Below are positions 48,733 to 58,670 of a stretch of 64,000 nucleotides of DNA, in pieces. The stretch is from a virus. Taxonomy: Duplodnaviria > Caudoviricetes. The translations under genes and the position numbers were made by a program. A model generated the notes under the pieces. That model was not told the origin of the DNA and searched no databases. It worked only from the letters and a program-made list of their open reading frames with translations. The stretch is from IMG/VR virus record IMGVR_UViG_3300027708_000016; one strand, given 5' to 3'. The number at the start of each line of letters is the position of its first letter. Positions within the stretch are counted from its first letter, which is position 1.

Positions 48733-51162
48733 TTATTGTCCAACTATTTCGTTAAAATTAACGCCTGTTTGGGTTGCGATAAAGTCACAGAGAATAAACT
48801 CTGCGGTTTTAACTGGTTGGATGTAAATCGATATCGCTAATTGATTTGAATCGATTACTGAAGGTGTATTGTTTCTTTCGTCACAAACAAGAAGGTAATC
48901 ATATAAACCATTGTTGATTTTTGCATTATCAAATATTGGTCTTAATGCTCCGACTAATCTTGTTCTTGTACTGAATGTATTTGGCTCAAACACAAAGTAC
49001 TTTAATAAAGCCTGTGTTTGTTTTTCCAAGGTTAAGAAAAGTCTACGAACATTAAGGCGATCAAAAGCTGATGGTGTGCGATAGAGAGTCTTCTGTCCGT
49101 ATACCACATAACCTTCATTTGGGAAATATGCAATCGGATTGATATTACCTTTGTAAAGCAAATCTCTCTGTTTCTGTGTTGGGTTTATTGCAACATCAGT
49201 AACATTTGATAATGTACCTCTGCTGAATCCAGCAACTGCACTCCAAGGGAATGATGTTTGAGATGATGAAGCAATTAATCCTGCTACATATCCAGATGGA
49301 GGAAGCCATACTGGTGAATTTGAGAACGTATCATTATATTTGAGCCAGTTGCCATAAGTTACAACATAACTGCTGATATTAGGTGAATACAAGTTGTTAA
49401 GGGGCCAGTATATGTGATCAGAGAACACATAATCAGGTAATGCCGAAGTCTTTTGGTTAGCACCAACTACAAATATATGTCTCAGAGGATCTGCGATGAA
49501 TACGTGATCTTTTCTCGTGTCATTTGCGAGAGATATAAACTGATTTGCAATTGCTTGATAATAAAATCCAGCACCTTGCCCAGTACTACCCGAAGCATTC
49601 GATGTATTATAAAGATTTGCTTTATTGTTGCGATCACTATTAAGATAATTGTATGTATCATCATATGTGATAGGGAGAGTACTATTTGCATTAGATGCAC
49701 TTAATGAGGCGCAACTTGCCCAGATTGTTCCTAAACCTGCTTCAGCAGTTATATCCAAGTTAATTTCATCACTGTTTTGTAATGAATTTAATACATTTTG
49801 TAACTTAAGAGGAATATTACCAACTTTAGCAGCTGATGTATCGGTATCTGATACATAAACACCAAGAGGATATAAACTTTGGGCAGCAGCACCAACGGTA
49901 ACAGTTTTGAGAGGAGTATATACTCCATCAAGTGTAGTGTTACTCCAGTTTCCAACCTTTGAAATATATGGATTTATTAAAACCTGAATATTTCTTGATG
50001 CATTATCAACAACTGTTTCTAACGAGAATGACTTAGCAGCCCCACCATTTGGATTTGGAATTGTTCTATTTGCATAAAGCGAACCAGTATAAGCTTCAGC
50101 AACCTTATAATTTAAAGATATAGTATCTTTATTATAATTTGATGTAGTTATTTTGAAAAGACCAATGACCAAACTGTCATTGTAAGATTTTGAAGCAAAC
50201 GAGAATCCCGTTGGATATTGCTCAATAACCTGTGAAAGACTTGTACCTCCAAAATTTGCATATGCTGCGGTTAATTGGAAATTAAGTCTACTTTGCGGAA
50301 CAGTTGCATATGATTGAACTATACCCGTGTTTGATACTGCCGTTTGAATTGATGTAACCGAAGTAAAGTTTGTTGATGGGTTTACATTCTGGTTACTGAT
50401 AACACCAACATAATATCCTTGGAAAAGACTATCGATACTTCTCTTTGAAGTATTTAAAATAATTAATCCAGCATTAGCTAATGCAGATACGGAATCTGTT
50501 GTAGTTGGAGTAATTGAAGATGTTACATATGATCCACTACTGGAATAATACCATGTTACTGCTGATAAAGTTGGTGAAATTGCACTTACACTCGTAACGT
50601 CTGAAGAAACTGCACTAGCACCCGTGTAAAACGCTGCAAGTGTTGCATAAGTTGCTCCACTACCAATCTGCGTGGAAGATAAAGCATATGGTGTTGTTGA
50701 CCATGTTATATTACCAGATTGTAATTGATTAAATTGATTATTTGTTAAAAGAACAGATGTTGGTGCACCTAAAACATATGCTGATGCATTTTGAAATTGT
50801 GTATTTGATGTTCCAGTAGTATTAGTATCTAATGTTACTGGATAAACTAATGCACTATATGTATTGGAAAAACCCTGACCTGCTTGATCACCATAAGGTA
50901 ATCTGTTTACCAAAAGATTGCCTGGTGAAGTATTTAAAATCTGTCTTGCTGTGTGATAAAGATATCGTTCTGCTGCATTTGTAGGAACGCCAAACGTATC
51001 TTCAAATTCAGAAATACTTGAAATTCTTACAAATTCTTCTGTTGGTCCGTAGTTTGTGAATCCAGTTATAAGGATATCCGTTGCTCCGATTGGTCTTGAT
51101 ATTACGCTAAGATCAGTTTCGCTGATTTGCACACCTGGTGATGTTAAAGTTAAAGTAGACAT
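48733..51162 (-). CDS. gp18: Tail sheath protein (gp18)
   Basis: SPGVQISETDLS, WSAVAGFSRG, RDLLYK..INPI, GQKTL, SAFDRLNVRRLF, FEPN, IQPVKTAEFI; ATG at 51162 preferred. Confidence 0.95.
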   Translation of the reverse strand: MSTLTLTSPGVQISETDLSVISRPIGATDILITGFTNYGPTEEFVRISSISEFEDTFGVPTNAAERYLYHTARQILNTSPGNLLVNRLPYGDQAGQGFSNTYSALVYPVTLDTNTTGTSNTQFQNASAYVLGAPTSVLLTNNQFNQLQSGNITWSTTPYALSSTQIGSGATYATLAAFYTGASAVSSDVTSVSAISPTLSAVTWYYSSSGSYVTSSITPTTTDSVSALANAGLIILNTSKRSIDSLFQGYYVGVISNQNVNPSTNFTSVTSIQTAVSNTGIVQSYATVPQSRLNFQLTAAYANFGGTSLSQVIEQYPTGFSFASKSYNDSLVIGLFKITTSNYNKDTISLNYKVAEAYTGSLYANRTIPNPNGGAAKSFSLETVVDNASRNIQVLINPYISKVGNWSNTTLDGVYTPLKTVTVGAAAQSLYPLGVYVSDTDTSAAKVGNIPLKLQNVLNSLQNSDEINLDITAEAGLGTIWASCASLSASNANSTLPITYDDTYNYLNSDRNNKANLYNTSNASGSTGQGAGFYYQAIANQFISLANDTRKDHVFIADPLRHIFVVGANQKTSALPDYVFSDHIYWPLNNLYSPNISSYVVTYGNWLKYNDTFSNSPVWLPPSGYVAGLIASSSQTSFPWSAVAGFSRGTLSNVTDVAINPTQKQRDLLYKGNINPIAYFPNEGYVVYGQKTLYRTPSAFDRLNVRRLFLTLEKQTQALLKYFVFEPNTFSTRTRLVGALRPIFDNAKINNGLYDYLLVCDERNNTPSVIDSNQLAISIYIQPVKTAEFILCDFIATQTGVNFNEIVGQ

Positions 51163-51244
51163 ATTTCTAAATGTATTTACCCTACGAAATACCACTTTTT
51201 ACAAAATCTTTTTTTATTTGATTACGATGGTAAGTATTTGCACG

Positions 51245-51514
51245 ATGAGTAAATTTGATTTAGCTGTAGCTTCAATATTAGAAGAAGCAAATTGCACAAA
51301 AACAACACAAAAAACGCATTCAACAAGAAAAGGCAAAAAGTGGATGAAGTGTGTTAAGAATCCAAAAGGTGGATACAAAAGAATCCATTGGGGTCAAGCT
51401 GGTGTAAGAGTTGGAAAGAATAATCCAAAAAGAAGAAAATCATTTCGTGCTAGACACAAGTGTTCAAGTGCAAAGCCAGGCACACCAAAGTATCAAGCTT
51501 GTAAAGATTGGTAA
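51245..51514 (+). CDS. Small highly basic protein with Cys/His motifs
   Basis: IHWGQ, NPKRRKSFRARHKC...YQACKDW; ATG at 51245, 8 nt after TAAGTA. Confidence 0.65.
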   Translation: MSKFDLAVASILEEANCTKTTQKTHSTRKGKKWMKCVKNPKGGYKRIHWGQAGVRVGKNNPKRRKSFRARHKCSSAKPGTPKYQACKDW

Positions 51515-51533
51515 GTAATAGTATAATAATATT

Positions 51534-51977
51534 ATGAGCAAACAATTTGACAAAATAATAAACAAATTTTTAACCGAAAGTGGAGTTGAAGATGCAATTA
51601 AAAATAATCCACCATTAGATAATGCGCTTAAAACAATTTATAAAAGCAACCCACAAGTTGCTAAAATAACTGGCGCACTTGGTGAAAAGCAAGCCGAAAT
51701 AGCAAACGAAACAGATCCTTCTAAACAAAACGATCCAGCTACTTTGGTTCAACAATTAGCAAGCACAGATCCTGCACACAGCGATATTTCCCATGTAAAT
51801 AATATATTACATCATCAAGGTGTTCCCGAATATTTAACCAAAATTGGTTTACAACCAATACAACCCCAAGAACAAAAAACAAACAGCGAAAAGGCAAAGG
51901 CTGGAGAGCAGCCAAATACCAATCCAAGCGCAAACGACACTAATCAAGCTGCTACCTATAATAAAGCAGTACAATAA
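51534..51977 (+). CDS. Hypothetical protein
   Basis: 147 aa ORF, Q/N-rich C-terminus. Confidence 0.55.
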   Translation: MSKQFDKIINKFLTESGVEDAIKNNPPLDNALKTIYKSNPQVAKITGALGEKQAEIANETDPSKQNDPATLVQQLASTDPAHSDISHVNNILHHQGVPEYLTKIGLQPIQPQEQKTNSEKAKAGEQPNTNPSANDTNQAATYNKAVQ

Positions 51978-52000
51978 TATCATTTAGATATTAAATTTTT

Positions 52001-52855
52001 ATGAGCAAAAAAATGCGCCCTAGTAAAAAGGGTTCTGACAGACCTCAATCTGGAAGAATTCGTAACATAACAACAAACAATGAAGCAGGAAAACAAGATG
52101 ATAATTCTCCTTATGTTTTTCAAAGAGATAAAATAAATTTTGATTTATCAATTAAAAATTTACCTTGGACAACAAAACAAAAAGAAATTATTGCAAGATT
52201 TTTAGATAAGGAAACAAAGGTTCTTTTACTTAAAGGACCCGCTGGTACTTCCAAAACAACGCTTGCCATGTATTGTGGATTAACTCTCCTTCAAAATAGA
52301 AGAGTTTCTGATATGGTTCTTGTTCGTTCAGCGGTTGAGTCTTCGGATTCAAAACTTGGATTCTTGCCAGGCACGTTAGATGAAAAAATTGCCGTTTATC
52401 TTACACCTTTCCATGATAAATTTGAGGAATTACTCTGCAAAGCTCAATTAGACAAGCTTCAGAAAGACAATAGATTAACAATTTGTCCAATTAATTTTGC
52501 ACGAGGACTTCATTTCTCTGCAAAATTTATTTGTGCTGATGAAGTTCAAAACTTTTCAAAAAAAGAAATTCATACATTAATGAGTCGTATTGGAGAGTTT
52601 TCAAAAGTATTTCTTTGTGGAGATCCAGAACAATCGGATCTTCCTTATGGTAAGTCTGGTTTTGACAAAGTTTATAATTTATTTGATAACGAAGAAGCAA
52701 GAGAACAAGGTATTTTCTGCATGGAATTAGGGGAAGAAGACATTGTTCGTTCCGTTCTTTGTAGATTTATCACTCATAAGTTCAAAGAATTATATTTGGC
52801 AGATCAACCAAAAGATTTTAATAAAGACAATTGGAAACCATCTGAGGGTAAGTAA
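52001..52855 (+). CDS. phoH: PhoH-family ATPase
   Basis: GPAGTSKT, LVRSAVE, LGFLPGT, PINFARG, ADEVQN, MSRIGEFSK, GDPEQSD, EDIVRS. Confidence 0.92.
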   Translation: MSKKMRPSKKGSDRPQSGRIRNITTNNEAGKQDDNSPYVFQRDKINFDLSIKNLPWTTKQKEIIARFLDKETKVLLLKGPAGTSKTTLAMYCGLTLLQNRRVSDMVLVRSAVESSDSKLGFLPGTLDEKIAVYLTPFHDKFEELLCKAQLDKLQKDNRLTICPINFARGLHFSAKFICADEVQNFSKKEIHTLMSRIGEFSKVFLCGDPEQSDLPYGKSGFDKVYNLFDNEEAREQGIFCMELGEEDIVRSVLCRFITHKFKELYLADQPKDFNKDNWKPSEGK

Positions 52856-52865
52856 GTATAATACG

Positions 52866-53048
52866 ATGAATAATAATCCTCAATATCAAATACTAGAGAA
52901 TCGCCCTATTGCTTGCACCTTCTGTGGAGCAAGTGTTCAGGGTAAAGTATCACCAAAGCAAGACCCAAAAACAAAAGCCATTGTTCAAGAATGTCGTTGG
53001 ACTTGCTCAAGATGCAATAATTTAGTTAGAATTGGTAACTTAAAATAA
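52866..53048 (+). CDS. Small zinc-ribbon protein
   Basis: CTFC...CSRC; ATG at 52866, 7 nt after TAAGTA. Confidence 0.6.
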   Translation: MNNNPQYQILENRPIACTFCGASVQGKVSPKQDPKTKAIVQECRWTCSRCNNLVRIGNLK

Positions 53049-53051
53049 ATA

Positions 53052-53537
53052 ATGGAATTGGAGAAGGTCATAACAGAAGTCTATGATACTGCCAACAAAA
53101 GTTATGGTGGATACAGTGCACCAGCCAGAAAAGACTTTGTTCCACAGTCATCAAAAAATACTGCAAACTTCCCTTACCAGAAACAGGATGATTTAACCAA
53201 TCCTCCACCCGAATCAATTGCCAGCATACCTTGGCCCCTTCAAACAGTGGTTGATGATTTAGCTGATAGTTTTGTTTTTCTTTCCACTGCAATGGATAAG
53301 ATGGCATCTTGTGTTAAACACAATCCCTCAATAAGAGGTGATCAAAAAGATGAATTAATAAAGCTTTATAAGCTTTCTAAGAAAGCTCTCTTAGCAATTA
53401 GAAAGGTTGGTTCACATTTAACAGGTGTTGTAAATATTGCTGGCGACCAACCATCTCAGAATCCTGTTCAAGGACCTGAATATAAAGAGCCTGAGTCAGA
53501 TCCAATAAAGAATACTATTAAAATAAGAATAAGATAA
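53052..53537 (+). CDS. Hypothetical protein
   Basis: 161 aa ORF in the operon. Confidence 0.55.
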   Translation: MELEKVITEVYDTANKSYGGYSAPARKDFVPQSSKNTANFPYQKQDDLTNPPPESIASIPWPLQTVVDDLADSFVFLSTAMDKMASCVKHNPSIRGDQKDELIKLYKLSKKALLAIRKVGSHLTGVVNIAGDQPSQNPVQGPEYKEPESDPIKNTIKIRIR

Positions 53538-53540
53538 TTA

Positions 53541-53569
53541 TTGACATTTAATAAAAAATATACTAATAT
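53541..53569 (+). promoter_or_regulatory. sigma70 promoter
   Basis: TTGACA(53541)-17 nt-TAATAT(53564-69), ATG at 53576. Confidence 0.6.
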
Positions 53570-53575
53570 TAGTAT

Positions 53576-54016
53576 ATGTCAAAATATAGTATTCCTTGGA
53601 ATTTTTTAAAATCAACAATTACAGTTATTGTAATATCAACTATTGCCTCGCTTGGTATAAAATCTATTGGTGGAAATTTCTGGGCAAGTTTTAGTTTGTT
53701 TTTTGTGATACAATATGTTTTGTTTTCTTTTATTGCATCGATAATTAAAAATCATCAGATTCAAAAAACTATTCAAAAAGAACTTGAAGTTCTTGAACCA
53801 CTTTCTACAATATTAGAATGTGCATATTGTAATACATCAAATGTTATGACATTTGTACCAGACCAGAATGAAAGAGCAGAGTTTTCTTGTTCATCGTGTA
53901 ACGAAAAGAATTCCGTTACTATTCAGTTTGTTGTTGCAAGAGTAACCAAACCCGTAAACACTGGAACTACAATTGGAACAGCATCTATTCAAACAACGAC
54001 CAATGAAAAGGAATAA
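53576..54016 (+). CDS. Membrane protein with C-terminal zinc ribbon
   Basis: Two hydrophobic helices, then CAYC...CSSC. Confidence 0.65.
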   Translation: MSKYSIPWNFLKSTITVIVISTIASLGIKSIGGNFWASFSLFFVIQYVLFSFIASIIKNHQIQKTIQKELEVLEPLSTILECAYCNTSNVMTFVPDQNERAEFSCSSCNEKNSVTIQFVVARVTKPVNTGTTIGTASIQTTTNEKE

Positions 54017-54278
54017 CAAAACTTGGAGAGTAATTACCGAAGAGTCTGCTAAATGGGCAAGATGGATAGCCTTTTATGAAGCTATAAACATGATTATAGA
54101 TAGTGCAGAAGATAAAAATATACCTCTTGATAAAGTTGTCTTTAAACCTCTCAAGATTAGAGAATATATCGAATCTACCGAAGATTTAATTTTAAGAAAG
54201 CTTCTCAGACAAGAGCACAATATCGATGTTGCTTACCATGAAGAGAAAGTTAAAAAAAACGATTTTCAATTTGTTTAA
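54003..54278 (+). CDS. Hypothetical protein
   Basis: ORF 53973..54278; ATG 54003 plausible. Confidence 0.5.
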   Translation: MKRNNKTWRVITEESAKWARWIAFYEAINMIIDSAEDKNIPLDKVVFKPLKIREYIESTEDLILRKLLRQEHNIDVAYHEEKVKKNDFQFV

Positions 54279-54904
54279 TATTCACCGTAAACACTTGTAT
54301 TGCTACAAGGATTTTCTTCAACATAATTAAAGTTAGAATCCGCCAATGCCTCTAGTGCATCATTATCATTGTTTGGTTTATTACCAATACCAGAACCAGG
54401 CGATCCATCTTCGAAGCTGTAGTCGTATCTTTTTGCTTTAAAAAACCAAACATAATGCCCACCTAATGCATTTGTAACAAACTCATCTATGACCTCCGTA
54501 AGCTCATAGACAGTAGCTCCACGTTTGGGCCAGTTGATTCTATCACTACCAAATTCTGATAACTGCAAAAGATCACTTGGTTTTGGTTCACTACCAGCAC
54601 CAAAAACTTCATTAAAATCAGCAGGGTGTAAAACACCATTTAAATCACTGTCAGCAATAATACCAAATTTTGATAAAAGATATGAATCGTTACTGAGGTT
54701 TAATAAAACAACCAAAGGTTGACCTTCTAAAAATCCTGCCTGTGGATCTTCACCATAAAGAACATTCATACCAGATAAAGTAGATTTGTTCGTGAAGAAA
54801 TTTATTTGTTGACCGTAAATATTAATTTGTTCTCTCCACCAATTACTAAAGAGATTTCTCTCATTCTGGTTTATTTCTTTATTTAAATAACGAAGCTTTT
54901 CCAT
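54275..54904 (-). CDS. gp14: Neck protein (gp14-like)
   Basis: EQINIYGQQI, LYGEDP, SKFGI, PKPSDLL, YELTEV, YVWFFKAKRYDYSFE. Confidence 0.75.
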   Translation of the reverse strand: MEKLRYLNKEINQNERNLFSNWWREQINIYGQQINFFTNKSTLSGMNVLYGEDPQAGFLEGQPLVVLLNLSNDSYLLSKFGIIADSDLNGVLHPADFNEVFGAGSEPKPSDLLQLSEFGSDRINWPKRGATVYELTEVIDEFVTNALGGHYVWFFKAKRYDYSFEDGSPGSGIGNKPNNDNDALEALADSNFNYVEENPCSNTSVYGEY

Positions 54905-54905
54905 T

Positions 54906-55316
54906 TTACTTTAAAATAAATTGAAGTTTATTAGTTGCACGATTTACACTCTTATATAATCTAAGTTGTTGATTGGTTTTTTCGTTTTTTATTTTATTGT
55001 TTATAACCTTACCTTCTGCTGACATACTTTTTAAAGTTTGATCTGGTGTTTCAAAGCCTAAATCACTTAGCATTTTTAATGCTTCATCATAACCAATAAT
55101 TTGTGGTACGCCTTTTTTTGCATTTTTAATTTTAGGATTGTCAAAGTATGAATCCGTTCTGTATTTAGCAACTCTTGGTTTAACGGTTTTAAGATGTGCG
55201 CTTGGGTCTTTACTTGTTAAATTGCCATCAGGTAAATCTCCTAGATTATCTGTATGATGTTGAGCATTAGCCAAAGGTCCCATCTTTTGTTCTAATACAA
55301 ATTGTTTAAAGTTCAT
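54906..55316 (-). CDS. Hypothetical protein (late-expressed)
   Basis: 136 aa ORF; TAAGTA 6 nt upstream; MNFKQF..E N-terminus. Confidence 0.6.
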   Translation of the reverse strand: MNFKQFVLEQKMGPLANAQHHTDNLGDLPDGNLTSKDPSAHLKTVKPRVAKYRTDSYFDNPKIKNAKKGVPQIIGYDEALKMLSDLGFETPDQTLKSMSAEGKVINNKIKNEKTNQQLRLYKSVNRATNKLQFILK

Positions 55317-55334
55317 TACTATTACTTACCAACA

Positions 55335-55360
55335 AAAAAGCCCTCCGAAGAGGGCTTTTT
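55335..55360 (-). terminator. Rho-independent terminator with cUUCGg tetraloop
   Basis: AAAAAGCCCTC-CGAA-GAGGGCTTTTT; on the minus strand the loop is C(UUCG)G, a T4-type hairpin, downstream of 55382..56308. Confidence 0.85.
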
Positions 55361-55381
55361 ATGATTTTGTTGTTTTATTTT

Positions 55382-56308
55382 TTACTCTTGGTCGAAATGT
55401 GATCTACCTGTCTTTACTCCGCCAACGTTATTGTTTTTTCCTTGGAGTGAACTGATTCCACCTTCGTTTTTGAAATCTTCTGGCTTACCATTGACTTTCT
55501 TACCCTTTACAATTTGAGCACTTTTCTTTTTAACAGGAACTGCACCCTTAACCGTGAATGATGTTTTCTTTGTGTGTCCAGCTTCCAACTTCTCCTGATC
55601 AACGAGTGCGTGTCCAAGAACTTCTGCGTCAACTGCCTCACCAAAAGGATTCTCTTCGTCTTCCTCATCCTCGTAGTCTTCATCTTCGTCTTCAAACTCA
55701 TGACCGTCTTCTCCAACCTCGCTCTCTTCTTCACCTTCTTCCTCACCCTCTTCACTAACACCGAGTTTCTCTCCGATCTTAGCTACTAACTCTTTAAGCT
55801 GTGCGAAAAGATCTTCTGCCGACTCTTCTTCCTCTCCGAAACCTTCATCTTCACCCTCTTCATCTTCGTCGCTTTCAAATTCGTTTTCTTCATCTTCATC
55901 TCCAGAAGCATGACCGATCCCCTCAGGTCCACCAAAGTTACTATCAGGCTTTAATGTGTTGTCTCCTGTCTCGAAATCAAATGAATCTTCTGAAATGATT
56001 TTGTTAAATAATACATCAAAAGGATTCTTTGCTTCACCCTTTAATGTTAACTTTTCACCCTTCTTTAATTCTTTTGGCTCACACTCTGAACCATCAGTTG
56101 TTAATTCACAAGGTGCTTCTTCTGGGGATTCAATGTCTTTTTCAACACGTTCTGTTCCAGACTTTGCGTAAAACTTTGAGGTATTTACTTTATTTTTAGG
56201 ATCACCAAAAGGTTCTCCCACTTTTAAGGATTGTCCTTCGACTTTTCCGTTAGATGCGTTTTCATTGATTACCTTGAGGTAAGCTGATGTGATAGGATCT
56301 TGTTTCAT
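55382..56308 (-). CDS. Highly acidic protein (possible head scaffold/internal protein)
   Basis: Long Glu/Asp-rich tract; strong terminator downstream; TAAATA upstream of ATG 56308. Confidence 0.55.
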   Translation of the reverse strand: MKQDPITSAYLKVINENASNGKVEGQSLKVGEPFGDPKNKVNTSKFYAKSGTERVEKDIESPEEAPCELTTDGSECEPKELKKGEKLTLKGEAKNPFDVLFNKIISEDSFDFETGDNTLKPDSNFGGPEGIGHASGDEDEENEFESDEDEEGEDEGFGEEEESAEDLFAQLKELVAKIGEKLGVSEEGEEEGEEESEVGEDGHEFEDEDEDYEDEEDEENPFGEAVDAEVLGHALVDQEKLEAGHTKKTSFTVKGAVPVKKKSAQIVKGKKVNGKPEDFKNEGGISSLQGKNNNVGGVKTGRSHFDQE

Positions 56309-56380
56309 ATATTGTTTTGAATATTTACTCTTCACTTATCCCATTTTCAACAATTTTTTTTAAAAAATAAAAAATCGTGT

Positions 56381-57205
56381 TTATACATTGTCTAAAAGAT
56401 GCTTTGCTTCTTTTTCAAGATCAATAATATTTATCAATTCATAATCCTCTTTACCAGCAACCCAAACAATATTACATTCACCAACTTCAAATGGTGAGTT
56501 TCTTTCAATGATTAATTTGTATAATAAAAGTTGAATACTGTACTTTGAAAGTTCACAATTTGGGATATGATCAAACGGTTTCAATAACATTTCATCTTTA
56601 TAACCTTTGGTTTTTATTTCTTTATTTGTCTTATAATCAAATAATACAAGCTTACCTGTTTTCTTATTAAACGAAAGATTATCAATCGTTCCACAAACTT
56701 TCTTTTCTTTATCACCTATCACAAATTCAGATTTTAAAAGAATATGATCTTGTTTCCACCATTCGTAAAAGTTTCTAAAGTTTTTAATTAACAATGCCAT
56801 TTCGGTATAATAGTTTTCTAAATTATTATTTCCTCCACTTTTATTTATGAGTTCAATCGCTGCTTGTTTATCAATTGGTATAGTTCTTCTCTCATAAAAA
56901 TTCTCAACCATTAAATGAAATTCGCTACCTTTATGACATGAATAATCACCATTATATTTCCATTCATCCAATATAGCTTCAACGGGTTTGCCATCTCGTC
57001 TGGCAATATGAGAAGCAATTTTTTCTTTTTCAAAAGGCTTTTCATATTTTTTAATAAGCTGTGAAACAGACTTCTTTGCTCGTACTCCGTCTATTTCATA
57101 ATAATGACCTTTTTCAAAAAACTTAATATCTGAAAATGCATCTAACAGTGTTATTAAACTATTAAAATTAGGTTTTTCCAAATCCAATGATTCTTTCTTT
57201 GTCAT
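56381..57205 (-). CDS. PD-(D/E)XK exonuclease (RecB-family)
   Basis: KGSEFH, LKSEF, VCGTIDNL, LFDYKT, YSIQLLLY. Confidence 0.82.
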   Translation of the reverse strand: MTKKESLDLEKPNFNSLITLLDAFSDIKFFEKGHYYEIDGVRAKKSVSQLIKKYEKPFEKEKIASHIARRDGKPVEAILDEWKYNGDYSCHKGSEFHLMVENFYERRTIPIDKQAAIELINKSGGNNNLENYYTEMALLIKNFRNFYEWWKQDHILLKSEFVIGDKEKKVCGTIDNLSFNKKTGKLVLFDYKTNKEIKTKGYKDEMLLKPFDHIPNCELSKYSIQLLLYKLIIERNSPFEVGECNIVWVAGKEDYELINIIDLEKEAKHLLDNV

Positions 57206-58382
57206 CTTTTATTTTTTCCTCGTTTAAATCTACATCCTTTTCCAAATTATAAATGTCTGCAACAGACATTGCTTTTGTAATTTTATCAATGGTTTTTTTA
57301 CTATACTTCAAAGTTTTTGCTAATTTCTTTGCATCAGTTATAGGTAGCGCACCAAATTCATAATCAACTTGTAATCTACCCTTTCTTCTGAGAGCAGAAT
57401 CAATTTCGTTCTTTGGACAGTTATAAGTCAATATAACGGAAGTCTTTAGAATATCACTCATAATTCCATCAGACAAATTAAGAAGCGAAGAAACAGCAGA
57501 TGAATCCATACCATCACCATGTCTTTTCATAATTGCTTTTTCTGCGTCTTCCAAAATAATAATTGAATTTGGTTTTTGAATAAGCATACTTAAACAATTC
57601 GGATCAGATGTAAAAGTCTCAACCATTGTTGTTGGGATATAGATAAAATCTCTATTAACTTGCCCAGCAAGATATTTAATATATGTAGTTTTTCCAGTTC
57701 CTGGCAAACCATGAAACATAAATAATCCACTTTTATTATTAGTTAGTCTATCCTTAATGGTTTTATCAATATCTAAAAATTTAGATCCATAATTTAATTC
57801 TAAATCAATATTTTCTGGTACACTAACTGAAATTGGTTCAAATGCAAAATCACCATACTGATTTTTAATAAAAAGATGAACCTTTGATCCTTCTTCTTTA
57901 ACTATAAAATTTTCAAAGTCTTCAAAATGATAATCTTGCACCTGTGCAGGTGCTGCAATCATTAAATCAAACTTTTTTAATAAGATTTTTTTATCATTTC
58001 TAGCTTTTTCATCTTCATCAAACTTAAATGGCAATCCACCAACATCCATTGTTACATTATCGTCATCTTGACCACTTGCAGATAGTTTAATATAAATATC
58101 TTTATATTTAAACCAAAAAGTACCACCTCTAAAATGTTTGTAATTTTCTTTCATCTGAGTTAATTTCCCAGTTGAACTGAATTTAATTAATTTTGAATTA
58201 TTTAAAAGATATTCAAAAATGTCTTCATTAAATTTTTCATCAATGAAAAAAAATGATACAGATGAGTTATAAGTCAATGAAATATAACGAGTTATATTAA
58301 ATTCACTTCCTGATGAATGAGCATAAAGATCGTTATTTTTATCTGTATGTTTAAAAATCTTTGATTCTTTTAACTTGAACAT
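57168..58382 (-). CDS. AAA+ ATPase
   Basis: Walker A HGLPGTGKT, Walker B IIILEDAE, LLNLSDG, ILTYN, ID.AL.RKGR arginine finger. Confidence 0.88.
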   Translation of the reverse strand: MFKLKESKIFKHTDKNNDLYAHSSGSEFNITRYISLTYNSSVSFFFIDEKFNEDIFEYLLNNSKLIKFSSTGKLTQMKENYKHFRGGTFWFKYKDIYIKLSASGQDDDNVTMDVGGLPFKFDEDEKARNDKKILLKKFDLMIAAPAQVQDYHFEDFENFIVKEEGSKVHLFIKNQYGDFAFEPISVSVPENIDLELNYGSKFLDIDKTIKDRLTNNKSGLFMFHGLPGTGKTTYIKYLAGQVNRDFIYIPTTMVETFTSDPNCLSMLIQKPNSIIILEDAEKAIMKRHGDGMDSSAVSSLLNLSDGIMSDILKTSVILTYNCPKNEIDSALRRKGRLQVDYEFGALPITDAKKLAKTLKYSKKTIDKITKAMSVADIYNLEKDVDLNEEKIKDDKERIIGFGKT

Positions 58383-58431
58383 CTATTAAATTTAACAGAT
58401 ATGTAACATAAAGCAACAATAAAATTTATAG

Positions 58432-58460
58432 TTGACTTTTTTAAATAAAAAATTTATAAT
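58432..58460 (+). promoter_or_regulatory. sigma70 promoter
   Basis: TTGACT(58432)-17 nt-TATAAT(58455-60), ATG at 58467. Confidence 0.65.
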
Positions 58461-58466
58461 TTAAAT

Positions 58467-58658
58467 ATGAAACTATTAATTTTATTACTTTTTACTATAA
58501 TTTATGTTGTTGGGTCTCCGTTTCTAGTAATATGGAGCCTTAATAACCTTTTTAAGCTCAGTATAGAATTTTCTTATATAAACTGGCTTTCGGGTTTTGC
58601 ACTACTTAGTGTATTAGATATGCTTTTAAATGGTTCCAAAAGAATATCAAAAAATTGA
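58467..58658 (+). CDS. Small membrane protein
   Basis: 63 aa, two hydrophobic segments; canonical promoter directly upstream. Confidence 0.6.
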   Translation: MKLLILLLFTIIYVVGSPFLVIWSLNNLFKLSIEFSYINWLSGFALLSVLDMLLNGSKRISKN

Positions 58659-58670
58659 TAAATATATGGT

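Noticed and set aside
56381-57205. Cas4 / CRISPR-associated gene
   Set aside because: No array or other cas genes, and the four-Cys Fe-S pattern of Cas4 is not evident; better read as a generic RecB-family nuclease
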